Origin: Desulfobacterales bacterium
GTDB taxonomy: Bacteria > Desulfobacterota > Desulfobacteria > Desulfobacterales > UBA5616
DNA: 23,911 nucleotides
NCBI GenBank assembly: GCA_046483495.1
Contig: JAWODC010000030.1
Coordinates: 1 to 23,911 of the forward strand
Reading direction: 5' to 3'
Below the pieces are notes generated by a model. That model saw only the letters and a program-made list of their open reading frames with translations. It had not been told where the DNA came from and made no database searches. The position numbers were made by a program, and so were the translations under genes. This document shows positions 8,358 through 17,700 of the stretch, piece by piece (position 1 is the stretch's first letter; every line of letters begins with the position of its first letter).

Positions 8358-8471
8358 CCGAGGCCGCCTGCCTGAAAGCCTCATAATCAGAAATACAATA
8401 AAAATGACCAGGAAAATGAAAAATAGTATTTTGGCAATGCCGGCCGATGCGGCGGCAATTCCGGTGAATCC
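8358..8471 (-). pseudogene. 5'-truncated DUF1328 (UPF0391/YtjA-like) small membrane protein
   Basis: Minus strand translates [38 protein letters not shown]. Upstream in frame there is no ATG/GTG/TTG before a TAA, and the first TM helix is absent. Confidence 0.8.
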
Positions 8472-8625
8472 GGGTAAATATATTCGCTTTATTTGAAGAT
8501 TATATTAAATGGCATTGTAGTGATATGGGCTTGAGTACGGCTTTTTTTTTACGATAGGATGTAAGCTCCGCCGTGTATACAAATATGTGTATCACATCGA
8601 TACATTAAAACCCTACTTGGGGAGA

Positions 8626-10164
8626 TCATAGCCAATGAGACTGGAAGGCACGGATGGGCTGCCCGCGTCGTTGATTATAGAGGAAAAAACGAACGCGTGG
8701 GTTATTTGTTCCCCTATCGACCTCAACGATTCCCATATTCAAGTTACCGCAGGGATTTTGCCGTTTGCGCGGAAGGCCCTTTAAGAGGTCCATGCGTGCT
8801 TCGAGGGATCGGTCCGTTGTTTCGATGTGCTGGTTGGCGCGTATCAGCAGCTTGGATCCGTTCGAGACCACCCAGCCGGTTTTGTGGGTAAAGCCGCTGG
8901 AAATAAATTGATACGAATTCGGGGCGGAATCGCCCCAGTCGATGCGATGAACACAGCCGATGTGAATATCACCGCTAAGAAGAATGATTCGCTGCTCCGG
9001 ATTCGACTGCTGATGATCATGGACGGTTTTCAACAGCCAGTCACGATCCCGGATATGGCGGCCTGAAGACCATCGATCGGAAAAATCCTCGTTGGGCGGG
9101 GGCATTCGGGCTATCAGTCGGGTAAGAAACCTTGGCAAGTGAAGCAGGGGAACGCTGAGGATCAGAAAAATGATCTTGGACTGACGGGAATTTTTTAAAA
9201 ACGACACAAAATCCTGCTTTTGCTGCGGGCCGATAATCCGGCCGTTTGGGCCGGCGCGCCGCTCTGAACGCAAATCCATGACAAAATAGGCGCAATAGCC
9301 ATAGGAGCCGGAAAAATGAAAGCTCTTCGGCATTGCGGCAGCCGCCGGCAGGATGCGCGAGGCCTGGTAATCGAAGCAGGCCCAACGTGCGCCTGTTATA
9401 AAATTGCGCCAAAGGGGCTCCTGGTGTGCCGGTACAGAGCCCCAGTTGTCGACCAGGTCATGGTCATCCAGAATGGGGTAGCAGGGAAAGCGCATATGCA
9501 GCCGCTGCCACTCCGGAAGCGCCCAGAAATGACGATAGCGTTCATGGAAAAGTTTTCGCACTTCCGTATCCTTGCAGGATAGAATCGAGTCGCGGCCCGG
9601 TGGAGCCACATTGGGGAAATATTTTTCGTCGAACAACGACAACTTTTTGGGATAATCGGAATACATCTGATCGCCGACCATAAAGACGATTTTGGTATTA
9701 TGATCGGACAGGCATTTTTCGGCCGCCTTGAGCACCAGGCGTGCCGATTTTCGAACCGTTCCCCTGCTGTTGAAGGGCTGATGACAGCTCATCACGGCAA
9801 CGGCGAATCGCTCGGGCGTGTCTTCCGGCTTTTCCGGGGCGGTTTCAAAGGCGCCTTGGGCCAATACGCGGCTTTCGTCTGCAGCGGTGATGCGAAAATT
9901 ATATCGCGTAAGCGGGTCAAGTCCGACGCCTTCTTCCTCGGGTTCGCTGGGTAAAACCACACTTATCGTGTTGTCACTTTCATTTTCAGGGTTTACGGTT
10001 ATCCGTTTTTTACGGGCGTGTTGAGGATGTTTTTGCGGCCGCCATTCGACTGTAAGCGAGCCCGGTGATCGTGCCCGGATCCACAGGCGCGCGGAACGGG
10101 CCGTTGTCCGTCCTACGGCTGCCGAATCGTACATCGGCTTGTTCTGAAAACCCGTATTTTTCAT
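8626..10164 (-). CDS. phoD: Alkaline phosphatase D (PhoD) family metallophosphoesterase
   Basis: Motifs MSCHQP, VGDQMYSD, ILDDHD, MDLRSER and LSGDIH; N-terminal Ig-like domain (VGRTT...ARLWIR...YNFRI...FETAP). Start uncertain. Confidence 0.85.
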   Translation of the reverse strand: MKNTGFQNKPMYDSAAVGRTTARSARLWIRARSPGSLTVEWRPQKHPQHARKKRITVNPENESDNTISVVLPSEPEEEGVGLDPLTRYNFRITAADESRVLAQGAFETAPEKPEDTPERFAVAVMSCHQPFNSRGTVRKSARLVLKAAEKCLSDHNTKIVFMVGDQMYSDYPKKLSLFDEKYFPNVAPPGRDSILSCKDTEVRKLFHERYRHFWALPEWQRLHMRFPCYPILDDHDLVDNWGSVPAHQEPLWRNFITGARWACFDYQASRILPAAAAMPKSFHFSGSYGYCAYFVMDLRSERRAGPNGRIIGPQQKQDFVSFLKNSRQSKIIFLILSVPLLHLPRFLTRLIARMPPPNEDFSDRWSSGRHIRDRDWLLKTVHDHQQSNPEQRIILLSGDIHIGCVHRIDWGDSAPNSYQFISSGFTHKTGWVVSNGSKLLIRANQHIETTDRSLEARMDLLKGLPRKRQNPCGNLNMGIVEVDRGTNNPRVRFFLYNQRRGQPIRAFQSHWL

Positions 10165-10612
10165 GATCGAGACCTGCCGTTTACCAACCAAACATCAAAT
10201 GGATTTGCCGTTCTTCTCGTAATCATTGGCAGAACGCCGTATCGAAATGAATCACTATGATTTCGTCATCATCAATCCCATCCGCAGGGTGGGTTACCAT
10301 GGCCGAGCCGGTCGGGATCGAAAACATATGTAATAGATTAATTAGACCCCTCAAGAAGACCTGAATCAATAATATGTATCCTGTATTCAGCTGAAGGGAA
10401 CTGCTGTAAAAAGAGGCTGTGCACCTTCAGAAACGGCAGCATGGATCCGTTGCCTGCTTCAATGCGTGGGTGCACCCGGTTCTACACGTTTTTGAAACAG
10501 CTTTTCAATAAATCGGAAAAGCTGGAGCCCATTTATATATCGTTTGATAAAAAAAAAAGAATATATTAGATTATTTGCGATTTAAGTACGAGGCCGTAGT
10601 TGTTGATGAGGC

Positions 10613-10820
10613 GCCCGAAGTCTTCACATCAGTTCCATTGTCAAGCGGTTCATGGAAAGAAATTATCCAACCATCGTCATTATCGGGTGCGGCCTGGATA
10701 CAACCTTTGACCGTCCCATGTTTAAAACGATCAGGAACCAATTGGCATTCAGTAACAAGATTATGGCATACCTGTCCGATATGTTCAAAATGCATTGGAT
10801 GGCGCACATCAAATTTATGG
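10613..10820 (+). pseudogene. Remnant of a class I SAM-dependent methyltransferase (TcmP / leucine-carboxyl-methyltransferase-like) with a large internal deletion
   Basis: ARSLHISSIVKRFMERNYPTIVIIGCGLDTTFDR (GCGLDT SAM motif) is joined directly to C-terminal-like MAYLSDMFKMHWMAHIKF. It is preceded by an in-frame TGA at 10607-10609. Confidence 0.7.
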
Positions 10821-10844
10821 GAGAGACAACGGCAGCCGGAATGT

Positions 10845-12002
10845 ATGAAAAAAGAGCGACACAGACTTGATTTCGTAGACTGGCTCAGAGTGCTGGCCAT
10901 GTTTGCGATATTTTTCTTTCATGCGGACCGGTTTTTTGATTTTCATGACTGGCATGTAAAAAATCACGAGCAGCATTTGGTTTCTTCCATCCACGTTTCT
11001 TTCTTTTCGCAGTGGATCATGCCTCTTTTTTTCGTTTTATCCGGTGCAGCGGTTTTTTATCAGTTGAAGGCAAGGTCCGGCCGCGCTTTTTTGCGGGAGA
11101 GAGTGCAACGCATCCTGATTCCGCTGATCATTGTGGGATATTTTATAACCAGTCCGCCCCAGATGTATTTGGAACGGTTGACCCACAATCGTTTCGAAGG
11201 CTCCTTTTTCAATTTCTTTCCTGCTTACTTTCAAGGCGTCGATATGTTTGGGGGCAATTTCGCGTGGCATGGATTTCATCTCTGGTATCTGGTTTACCTG
11301 TTTATATTTTCGGTTATACTCCTTCCCATTTTTTTGGCCGGAAAGAATTCAGGGACCAGTGTATTAAGCAGGCTCTCGAACCGGTTCGAGTCTTTCTTTC
11401 GGTTGCTGCTGTTGGCGATTCCTCTAATCATCATAAACATCTTTATAGACCTGAACGGTTTCGGGTTCATGAGAGGAACCGGAGGATGGGATCTGTTCTC
11501 CTATCTGTTTATATTCGCTTACGGCTACATGATATTCTGCAATGAGAAAATCATGGAAAGCATCAAGAGCACTTGGCTTCCCTGCTTAATCGCGGCCATC
11601 GCGCTTTCGTCGACTCATTTGGCGGTCTATTACGGCATCCGACCGATCATCAATGAAACCACACCGGTCCTGTATTTGCTAATGGCGCTGATTCGCTGTA
11701 CTCTTGTGCTGCTCTGGATATTCGCACTTATCGGTTTGGGAGAAAAATATCTCAATTTCAACAACCGTTTTTTAGGATACGCCAATGAGGCCGTGCTGCC
11801 GTTTTATATTTTACACCAGACCGTATTGCTGTTGATCGGGTACCGGATTGTACGATTGCAGGTCCATTCGTTCGTCAAATATGTAATTATTTCGGGAATA
11901 TCCTTTATAACGATTATGGCCCTTTACGACTTCTTTATCAAACGCTTCCCGATCACCCGATTTCTTTTCGGCATGAAACCGAAGGCCCGGTCACATGGAT
12001 AG
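10845..12002 (+). CDS. Acyltransferase-3 family membrane protein (OpgC/MdoC-like)
   Basis: RLDFVDWLRVLA..FFH, WIMPLFFVLSG, ERVQRILIPL, HLWYLVYLF and AVLPFYILHQ. True start is ATG 10845; the ORF-track extension to 10575 overlaps the methyltransferase remnant. Confidence 0.9.
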   Translation: MKKERHRLDFVDWLRVLAMFAIFFFHADRFFDFHDWHVKNHEQHLVSSIHVSFFSQWIMPLFFVLSGAAVFYQLKARSGRAFLRERVQRILIPLIIVGYFITSPPQMYLERLTHNRFEGSFFNFFPAYFQGVDMFGGNFAWHGFHLWYLVYLFIFSVILLPIFLAGKNSGTSVLSRLSNRFESFFRLLLLAIPLIIINIFIDLNGFGFMRGTGGWDLFSYLFIFAYGYMIFCNEKIMESIKSTWLPCLIAAIALSSTHLAVYYGIRPIINETTPVLYLLMALIRCTLVLLWIFALIGLGEKYLNFNNRFLGYANEAVLPFYILHQTVLLLIGYRIVRLQVHSFVKYVIISGISFITIMALYDFFIKRFPITRFLFGMKPKARSHG

Positions 12003-12064
12003 TGCCGAACCATTACGGAGTTGTTGCGGTATGCTGTTCAAAAAAGCTTTAATCGGGCGGAACA

Positions 12065-12775
12065 TTACCCATGAGGATGGTGTTGAAGCACGAACGTTGA
12101 ACGATAATCTTCAGCTTCTTCAGTAAAAGCGAGCTTTTTTGTGACGGCATAGGTTTTCAGCTCTTGGTTTGAATTTAAGCCGAGCTTCTTTCGCATGTTT
12201 GTCCTGTGTTTATCAACGGTCGATGGGCTGATGAACAGAAAATCCGCTATCTCTTTGCTTGAATATCCTTCCCCGATGAGTTTGAGCACTTCCCTCTCCC
12301 TTTGGGTAAGCGATACCCATAATGGATCTTTTATTTTCTTTTTTTCAGTCTCTAAAAAGCCACCGATGATATTTTCTGAAATCTCAGGGGATATATAACG
12401 CTTGCCGGACAAAACGGCACTTATAATTAATTGCAATTCATCGAAATTAGCATTTTTAAGGCAGTAGCCGTCTATACCTGATCGATATGCGTCGGCAATG
12501 ATATCTTCATTATCATTCATGGTTAACACGATAACTTTTAAGTCCTTGTGTTCAGGCTGAATCTCTTTCAGAACCGAAAATCCCCCCATTTTAGGCATGT
12601 TCAGATCCAGTAAAATCAGGTCCGGTTGAACGATTTTAATTTTCCGTATGGCTTCCATGCCGTCACCGGCTTCACCCACCACTTCGTAGTCTTCGAGCTG
12701 ATTGATCATCGTTTTCAAGACATTCCGCAGCAAAGCATGATCATCCACAAGAAAAATTTTATATTTTGTTTTCAT
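12065..12775 (-). CDS. NarL/FixJ-family response regulator (REC + LuxR HTH), orphan in this window
   Basis: LVDDH, LLDLNMP (phospho-Asp), VLTM and YCLK; HTH LTQREREVLKLIGEGYSSKEIADFLFISPSTVDKHRTNMRKKL. Confidence 0.93.
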   Translation of the reverse strand: MKTKYKIFLVDDHALLRNVLKTMINQLEDYEVVGEAGDGMEAIRKIKIVQPDLILLDLNMPKMGGFSVLKEIQPEHKDLKVIVLTMNDNEDIIADAYRSGIDGYCLKNANFDELQLIISAVLSGKRYISPEISENIIGGFLETEKKKIKDPLWVSLTQREREVLKLIGEGYSSKEIADFLFISPSTVDKHRTNMRKKLGLNSNQELKTYAVTKKLAFTEEAEDYRSTFVLQHHPHG

Positions 12776-12900
12776 TCAGCCCCTTTGTCCAAGATAAATA
12801 AATTTAAATTATTGGCCTCTCACTTAACGAATAAAATTATAGCAGGAAAGTAGTGATTTAATTTTTTTCTATTTTGAAGAAGATCAACACAGCAATACGT

Positions 12901-13103
12901 ATAATCCCTGATTTTTGTAATATTCGGGGCTGATTTTCAAGACCTTCAATGCTTTTCTATCTCCGCAAGCAACGAATTCAATTTGATATTTTCTTCCAAT
13001 AAAGTCACACCTGTGTTTTTTCATGATGAGCATCAATCGATTGCCGTAATACAGGCTCGAACCTATTTACCCTTTAAATCATCTTTGTTTAGATTAATAG
13101 AAA
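12901..13103 (+). repeat. ~200-bp non-coding direct repeat, copy 1 (between the NarL regulator and hsp20)
   Basis: Aligns end to end with 18014-18218, with about 20 differences by manual count (~90% identity). Confidence 0.95.
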
Positions 13104-13136
13104 CAGCTCCGGAGAGTATCAGAAAGGAGGAAAGCT

Positions 13137-13580
13137 ATGGCATACGAATTGACTCCCTGGAGAAGACAGACAGCTGTTCGGCCGTATTGGCGGGGATTGG
13201 ATGATATGTTCGACAGGTTTCTGGGTGAAATGGCACCGGCTGAACGAGCGTGGGAATGGACCCCTTCGGTGGATGTTTCCGAAACCGATGGAAATGTTCA
13301 AATAAAGGCCGAATTGCCCGGAATGGAAGCTAAAGATATCGACGTCAACGTCAGCGGGGATGTGCTGACATTGAGGGGTGAGAAAAAACAGGAGGAGGAG
13401 CAGAAAGGAGAACGGTATTATTGCCGTGAACGATTTTCCGGCAGTTTTGAGCGTTCCTTCAGGCTTCCGACCGGCGTACAGAGTGATAAGGTGGACGCCG
13501 AATTTAAAAACGGCGTTCTCAACATCAATATTCCTAAAACAGAAGAAAGCAAACAGAAAAAAATCGAAATTAAAACATGA
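13137..13580 (+). CDS. Hsp20/alpha-crystallin small heat-shock protein
   Basis: PSVDVSE, AELPGM, LTLRGEK, ERFSGSFERSFRLP and AEFKNGVLNINIPK; RBS AAGGAGG. Confidence 0.96.
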   Translation: MAYELTPWRRQTAVRPYWRGLDDMFDRFLGEMAPAERAWEWTPSVDVSETDGNVQIKAELPGMEAKDIDVNVSGDVLTLRGEKKQEEEQKGERYYCRERFSGSFERSFRLPTGVQSDKVDAEFKNGVLNINIPKTEESKQKKIEIKT

Positions 13581-13639
13581 CATTAACGTAATCCCATTTC
13601 TCCGGGGCTGTTCAAAAAAAAGAGAAAGGGGATATGATT

Positions 13640-14305
13640 ATGGCCCGAACAGATGAATTGATTAAAAAAGACATTATTGATCAAATGGCGCGGGATGACC
13701 GTGTCAATGCCGCAAAGGTCAATGTTGAAGTGAGCAACGGCACCGTCACGTTGAGAGGGGAGGTGCCGACCTATTTTGCACGGTCCGCCGCTTATGATGA
13801 CGCACTGGGGACGCTTGGCGTCACCTATGTAAGAAACCAGTTGCTGGTGACCTATCCGCCCAGTGTTTCTTTGCCCACCGACCTGGAAATCGAAGACAAC
13901 ATACGAGAGAAGATTTCGGCCAATCCGGATCTGGATTTGATCGATGTAGACGTGAACGTAAGTGCCGGTACGGTGACTCTGAAAGGAACAGTGGATGCCT
14001 ACTGGAAAAAAATACATGCCGAAAACCTGGTCGCCTCCGAACCGGGTGTCATTCTTATCGAAAACCATCTCGCGGTTGTGCCTACAGATGATATCGTGGA
14101 TATTTCCATTGCCGAAGATATCGTAGATACCTTGGAGTCCAGATCAGCCGTTGACGCGGATGATGTAAACGTTCGAGTAAGAAACGGAGCCGTTACCCTT
14201 ACAGGTTCGGTGCCGAGCTGGAGCGCACGGAAAGCCGCAGAAGAAGCGGCCGTTTATACCGCCGGGGTTAAGGATGTGATAAATCGCATTGCCATCCTCG
14301 GCTGA
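13640..14305 (+). CDS. Triple BON-domain protein without signal peptide
   Basis: Three repeats of VxVxxGxVTLxGxV...GVxxVxNxL. Start 13640 fits RBS spacing better than 13634. Confidence 0.92.
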   Translation: MARTDELIKKDIIDQMARDDRVNAAKVNVEVSNGTVTLRGEVPTYFARSAAYDDALGTLGVTYVRNQLLVTYPPSVSLPTDLEIEDNIREKISANPDLDLIDVDVNVSAGTVTLKGTVDAYWKKIHAENLVASEPGVILIENHLAVVPTDDIVDISIAEDIVDTLESRSAVDADDVNVRVRNGAVTLTGSVPSWSARKAAEEAAVYTAGVKDVINRIAILG

Positions 14306-14320
14306 ATTACAGGAGAAAAC

Positions 14321-14494
14321 ATGTAAATAAATGAAATTATGACGCCGAATCCGGAAATCGTCTATTCCGGTGATTCCGTCAAAAGGGCCGCAGAGGTTAT
14401 GAGGCAGATCAATGTCGGCGCGGTACCCGTTCTCGATGGTGGTGTCGAACCGTTTATGGTGGAACAAACACACAACAAGGAGGTGCGGCTATGA
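14321..14494 (+). pseudogene. CBS-domain protein pseudogene (stop at codon 2, 3'-truncated)
   Basis: RBS AGGAGA, then ATG TAA ATA AAT GAA ATT ATG ACG..., i.e. M*INEIMTPNPEIVYSGDSVKRAAEVMRQINVGAVPVLDG. Homology ends inside the first CBS motif. Confidence 0.85.
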
Positions 14495-14703
14495 ATGACA
14501 GCGTATACAAGGTGATAACGCTGGTAGGGTCCAGCTCGGAAAGCTGGGAAAAGGCGGCGGCAAAAGCAGTGGAGGTTGCCGCCGGTTCCCTGCGTGATTT
14601 GAGAATCGCGGAAGTCGAAGAATTCGATTTGCAGATCGAAAACGGCAAAATTCTCAATTACCGCGTAAAAGTAAGGGTCTCCTTTAGATATCAGAAAGAG
14701 TAA
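14491..14703 (+). CDS. Dodecin family flavin-binding protein
   Basis: SVYKVITLVGSSSESWEKAA...YRVKVRVSFRY, 70 aa; RBS AAGGAGGTG. Confidence 0.93.
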   Translation: MNDSVYKVITLVGSSSESWEKAAAKAVEVAAGSLRDLRIAEVEEFDLQIENGKILNYRVKVRVSFRYQKE

Positions 14704-14716
14704 ACTTTCCAAGCCG

Positions 14717-14751
14717 AGGGGGAGCATTTCGGTTGAATGCTGCCCCCCTTT
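14717..14751 (+). terminator. Intrinsic terminator-like hairpin after dodecin
   Basis: AGGGGGAGCATT-TCGGTTG-AATGCTGCCCCCCTTT stem-loop with a short U-tract. Confidence 0.6.
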
Positions 14752-14796
14752 CATAGCGGATCGCCGGTGACTTGTCGGAAATACGGAGTTAATCCA

Positions 14797-17700
14797 GTGA
14801 ACAATACAGGGCATTCGGACAGACTTCCCTCGGCAATCAAAAACAAGGGCCGGATCATTAAACGGCTGCGCGAGGGAAGGCCGGCCATATTTCTGGATTA
14901 TGACGGAACACTCACGCCCATAGTTGAAGACCCTTCCAAAGCGGCTCTTGCGGACCAAAACAGAAAGATCATCCAAAAGCTTTCCGAACACTGGACCGTG
15001 GTCATCATGACAGGCCGGGCCCTGAATGACATTAAGCAACTGATCGGCCTTGAAAACCTGGTTTACGCGGGCAGTCACGGCTTCAATATGGTCGGACCGG
15101 AAAATTGCTTCCATGAGGAGCCCGGAAAACGTTTTCTTCCGGAGTTGGGAAAGGCCGAAAAGCAACTCAGGGATTCACTGACGGATCTTAAAGGAATCCG
15201 CATTGAACGCAAGCCGTATGCAATAGCCGTTCACTATCGCCGGGCGGATGAGAATATCATACCGGAGCTCGAAAGGCGGGTGGATGAAGTAAGCGGCCGC
15301 TTTGCCGGTATTGCGAAAACCACGGGCAGGAAAATCGTTGAACTCCGTCCCAATGCCGACTGGAACAAGGGCAAGGCGCTGCTCTATTTATTGAAAAGGC
15401 TGCATATCGACGATTCGCGTACCGTCCCCCTCTACATCGGTGACGATACCACCGATGAAGATGCGTTCGAGGCGATCGAGCAACGGGGCATCGGCATCCT
15501 GGTAACCGACCGCGATCGAATGACAGCGGCAAGCCACGTTTTGCAAAACCCCGAGGAGGTAACTGTTTTTTTGGAAGAACTGGTTAAACTTTCAGAAAAA
15601 GTTTCTTCTTTCAATGTATGGTCCCTTACCTATGAAGGATTTGAACCTGAAGAGGAAAAGCTTCGGGAAGCGTTATGCACGCTGGGAAACGGTTATTTTG
15701 CCGCCAGGGGAGCCTCGCCTGAATCGGTGGCCGGCAAAGTTCATTATCCCGGCACCTATATAGCAGGGATTTACAACAGGCTCAAAAGCAATATCGCCGG
15801 TCAAACCATCGAGAATGAAAGTATGGTCAATGTTCCGAACTGGCTGGCGCTGAGCTTTCGGATCCAGAACGGCGACTGGTTCGATCTATCGAATGTGGAC
15901 ATTATCGACTACCGCCAGGAACTGGATATGCGGCAGGCTGTTTTGACGCGAACCGTCCGCTTCAAGGATAAACAAAGACGCCTGACCTTTCTTAGGCAGA
16001 GGCGTTTCGTGCATATGAGCCTCCGGCATATTGCCGGTCTTGAAACGACGATTTTGCCTGAAAACTGGTCAGGGACGATACACATTCGATCGGCTATTGA
16101 CGGGAGAATGAAAAACACGTTGGTCCAGCGATATCGTGATCTGAACAATCATCATTTTGACCGGCCGGAAACCGGTGTTACGGATGACCGCCTGATTTGG
16201 TTGACGGCAAAAACGAATCAATCGCATATCAGTATTGCCGAAACGGCGCGGACCCGAATCTTCAAAGGAAATAAACCGCTTAACATCGAAGGCAGCATAC
16301 ACGAGGAAGAAGGCTATATCGGCATGGATTTCGAGGTTCCTCTTGAAAAGGAACAGGCCATCCGTATAGAAAAAATCGTGTCGATTTACCATTCCAAGGA
16401 ATACGCCATATCCGTAAATCTTCTCGAGTCCCGGGATGCCCTTCGGCATGTCGGCAATTTCGATGAGCTCATCGACCGTCATTTTTTGGCGTGGAAACAT
16501 CTGTGGGAAAGATGGCATATACGGGTAAAGACGGAAAGCAATCGCATCGAGCAGGTGCTTAATCTCCATATCTTTCACCTGCTGCAAACGATTTCTCCGA
16601 ATACCGTGGGACTCGATGCCGGGGTTCCTCCCCGCGGACTTCACGGAGAGGCTTATCGCGGCTTGATCATGTGGGACGAACTTTTTATCTTTCCGCTTCT
16701 CAACTTTCGTATGCCGGATATCACCAGAGCTTTGTTGATGTATCGCTACAACCGGCTGCCGCGGGCATACCAGGAGGCCGAAAAGGCCGGATACAGCGGT
16801 TCGATGTTCCCATGGCAGAGCGGCAGCAATGGTGAGGAACAGGCCCAAACGCTTCATCTGAATCCCATTTCCGGCCGATGGATTCCAGACAATTCACAGC
16901 TGGAACGCCATATCAATATCGCTGTCGCCTACAATATCCGGCAATATTATCAAGTCACCCGGGACGATGAATTTATGTCCTTTTATGGATCCGAGGTTAT
17001 GGTTGGAATTGCCCGGTTCTGGGCGAGCAAGGCGACGTATAACGTTTCGATGGATCGATATGAGATATGCAACGTCATGGGGCCTGATGAGTATCATGAC
17101 CGTTACCCGGAATCTTCGGATAAAGGTATAGACAATAACGCCTATACGAACGTTATGGCGGCTTGGATATTCTGGCGTACGCTGGAAATGCTGGACATGC
17201 TGCCCGATATGCGCCGAAAATTTATTATCGAAGATATGGCGATCACGGAGGAAGAGATACAGGAATGGGACCGGTTGAGCAGAAAACTGCGTGTTGCTTT
17301 TCATGATGATGGAATTATCAGTCAATTTGAAGGATATGAACATCTAAAAGAGTTTGACTGGAAATCTTACCGGGAAAAATACGGAAACATACAGAGGCTC
17401 GATCGGATCCTTGAATCTGAAAATGACAGCCCGAACAACTACAAAGTGTCCAAACAGGCCGATGTTCTGATGCTGTTTTATTTGCTTTCTTCAGAAGAGC
17501 TGAAAGAGTTGTTCAATCGGCTTGGCTACTTTTTCGAATTTGACACCATTCCAAAAAATATTGATTATTATCTTAACCGGACCTCGAATGGCTCGACCCT
17601 AAGCAGAGTTGTGCACGCATGGGTTCTTTCCAGGTCTAAACGTGATATGTCGTGGCGTTTGTTTCAGGACGCGCTTGAGAGCGATATCGAGGATATTCAA

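Noticed and set aside
10247..10333. Short ORF MNHYDFVII..., resembling the start of an FAD oxidoreductase
   Set aside because: No GxGxxG follows and there is no RBS; too short to support.
10419..10475. Nested stems GTGCACC/GGTGCAC and GGCAGC/GTTGCC as an ncRNA
   Set aside because: Short stems expected by chance; no family features.
10575..10844. Cys-containing 90-aa N-terminal extension of the acyltransferase
   Set aside because: Off-frame reading of the methyltransferase remnant; family homology begins at ATG 10845.
12923..12942. DosR-box match (TTCGGGGCT half site) in the repeat
   Set aside because: Only one half resembles TTSGGGACT and the second half does not match, so it is not called a DosR box.
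12901..13103. Repeat as IS/MITE or CRISPR
   Set aside because: No terminal inverted repeats, target duplication, transposase or spacer structure visible.
12983..13204. 73-aa ORF starting inside repeat copy 1
   Set aside because: TTG start without RBS, overlaps hsp20 out of frame, and its downstream part is not shared by copy 2.
14362..17343. Long minus-strand ORFs 14362-15165, 16069-16857 and 16894-17343
   Set aside because: Shadows of dodecin and otsB-GH65.
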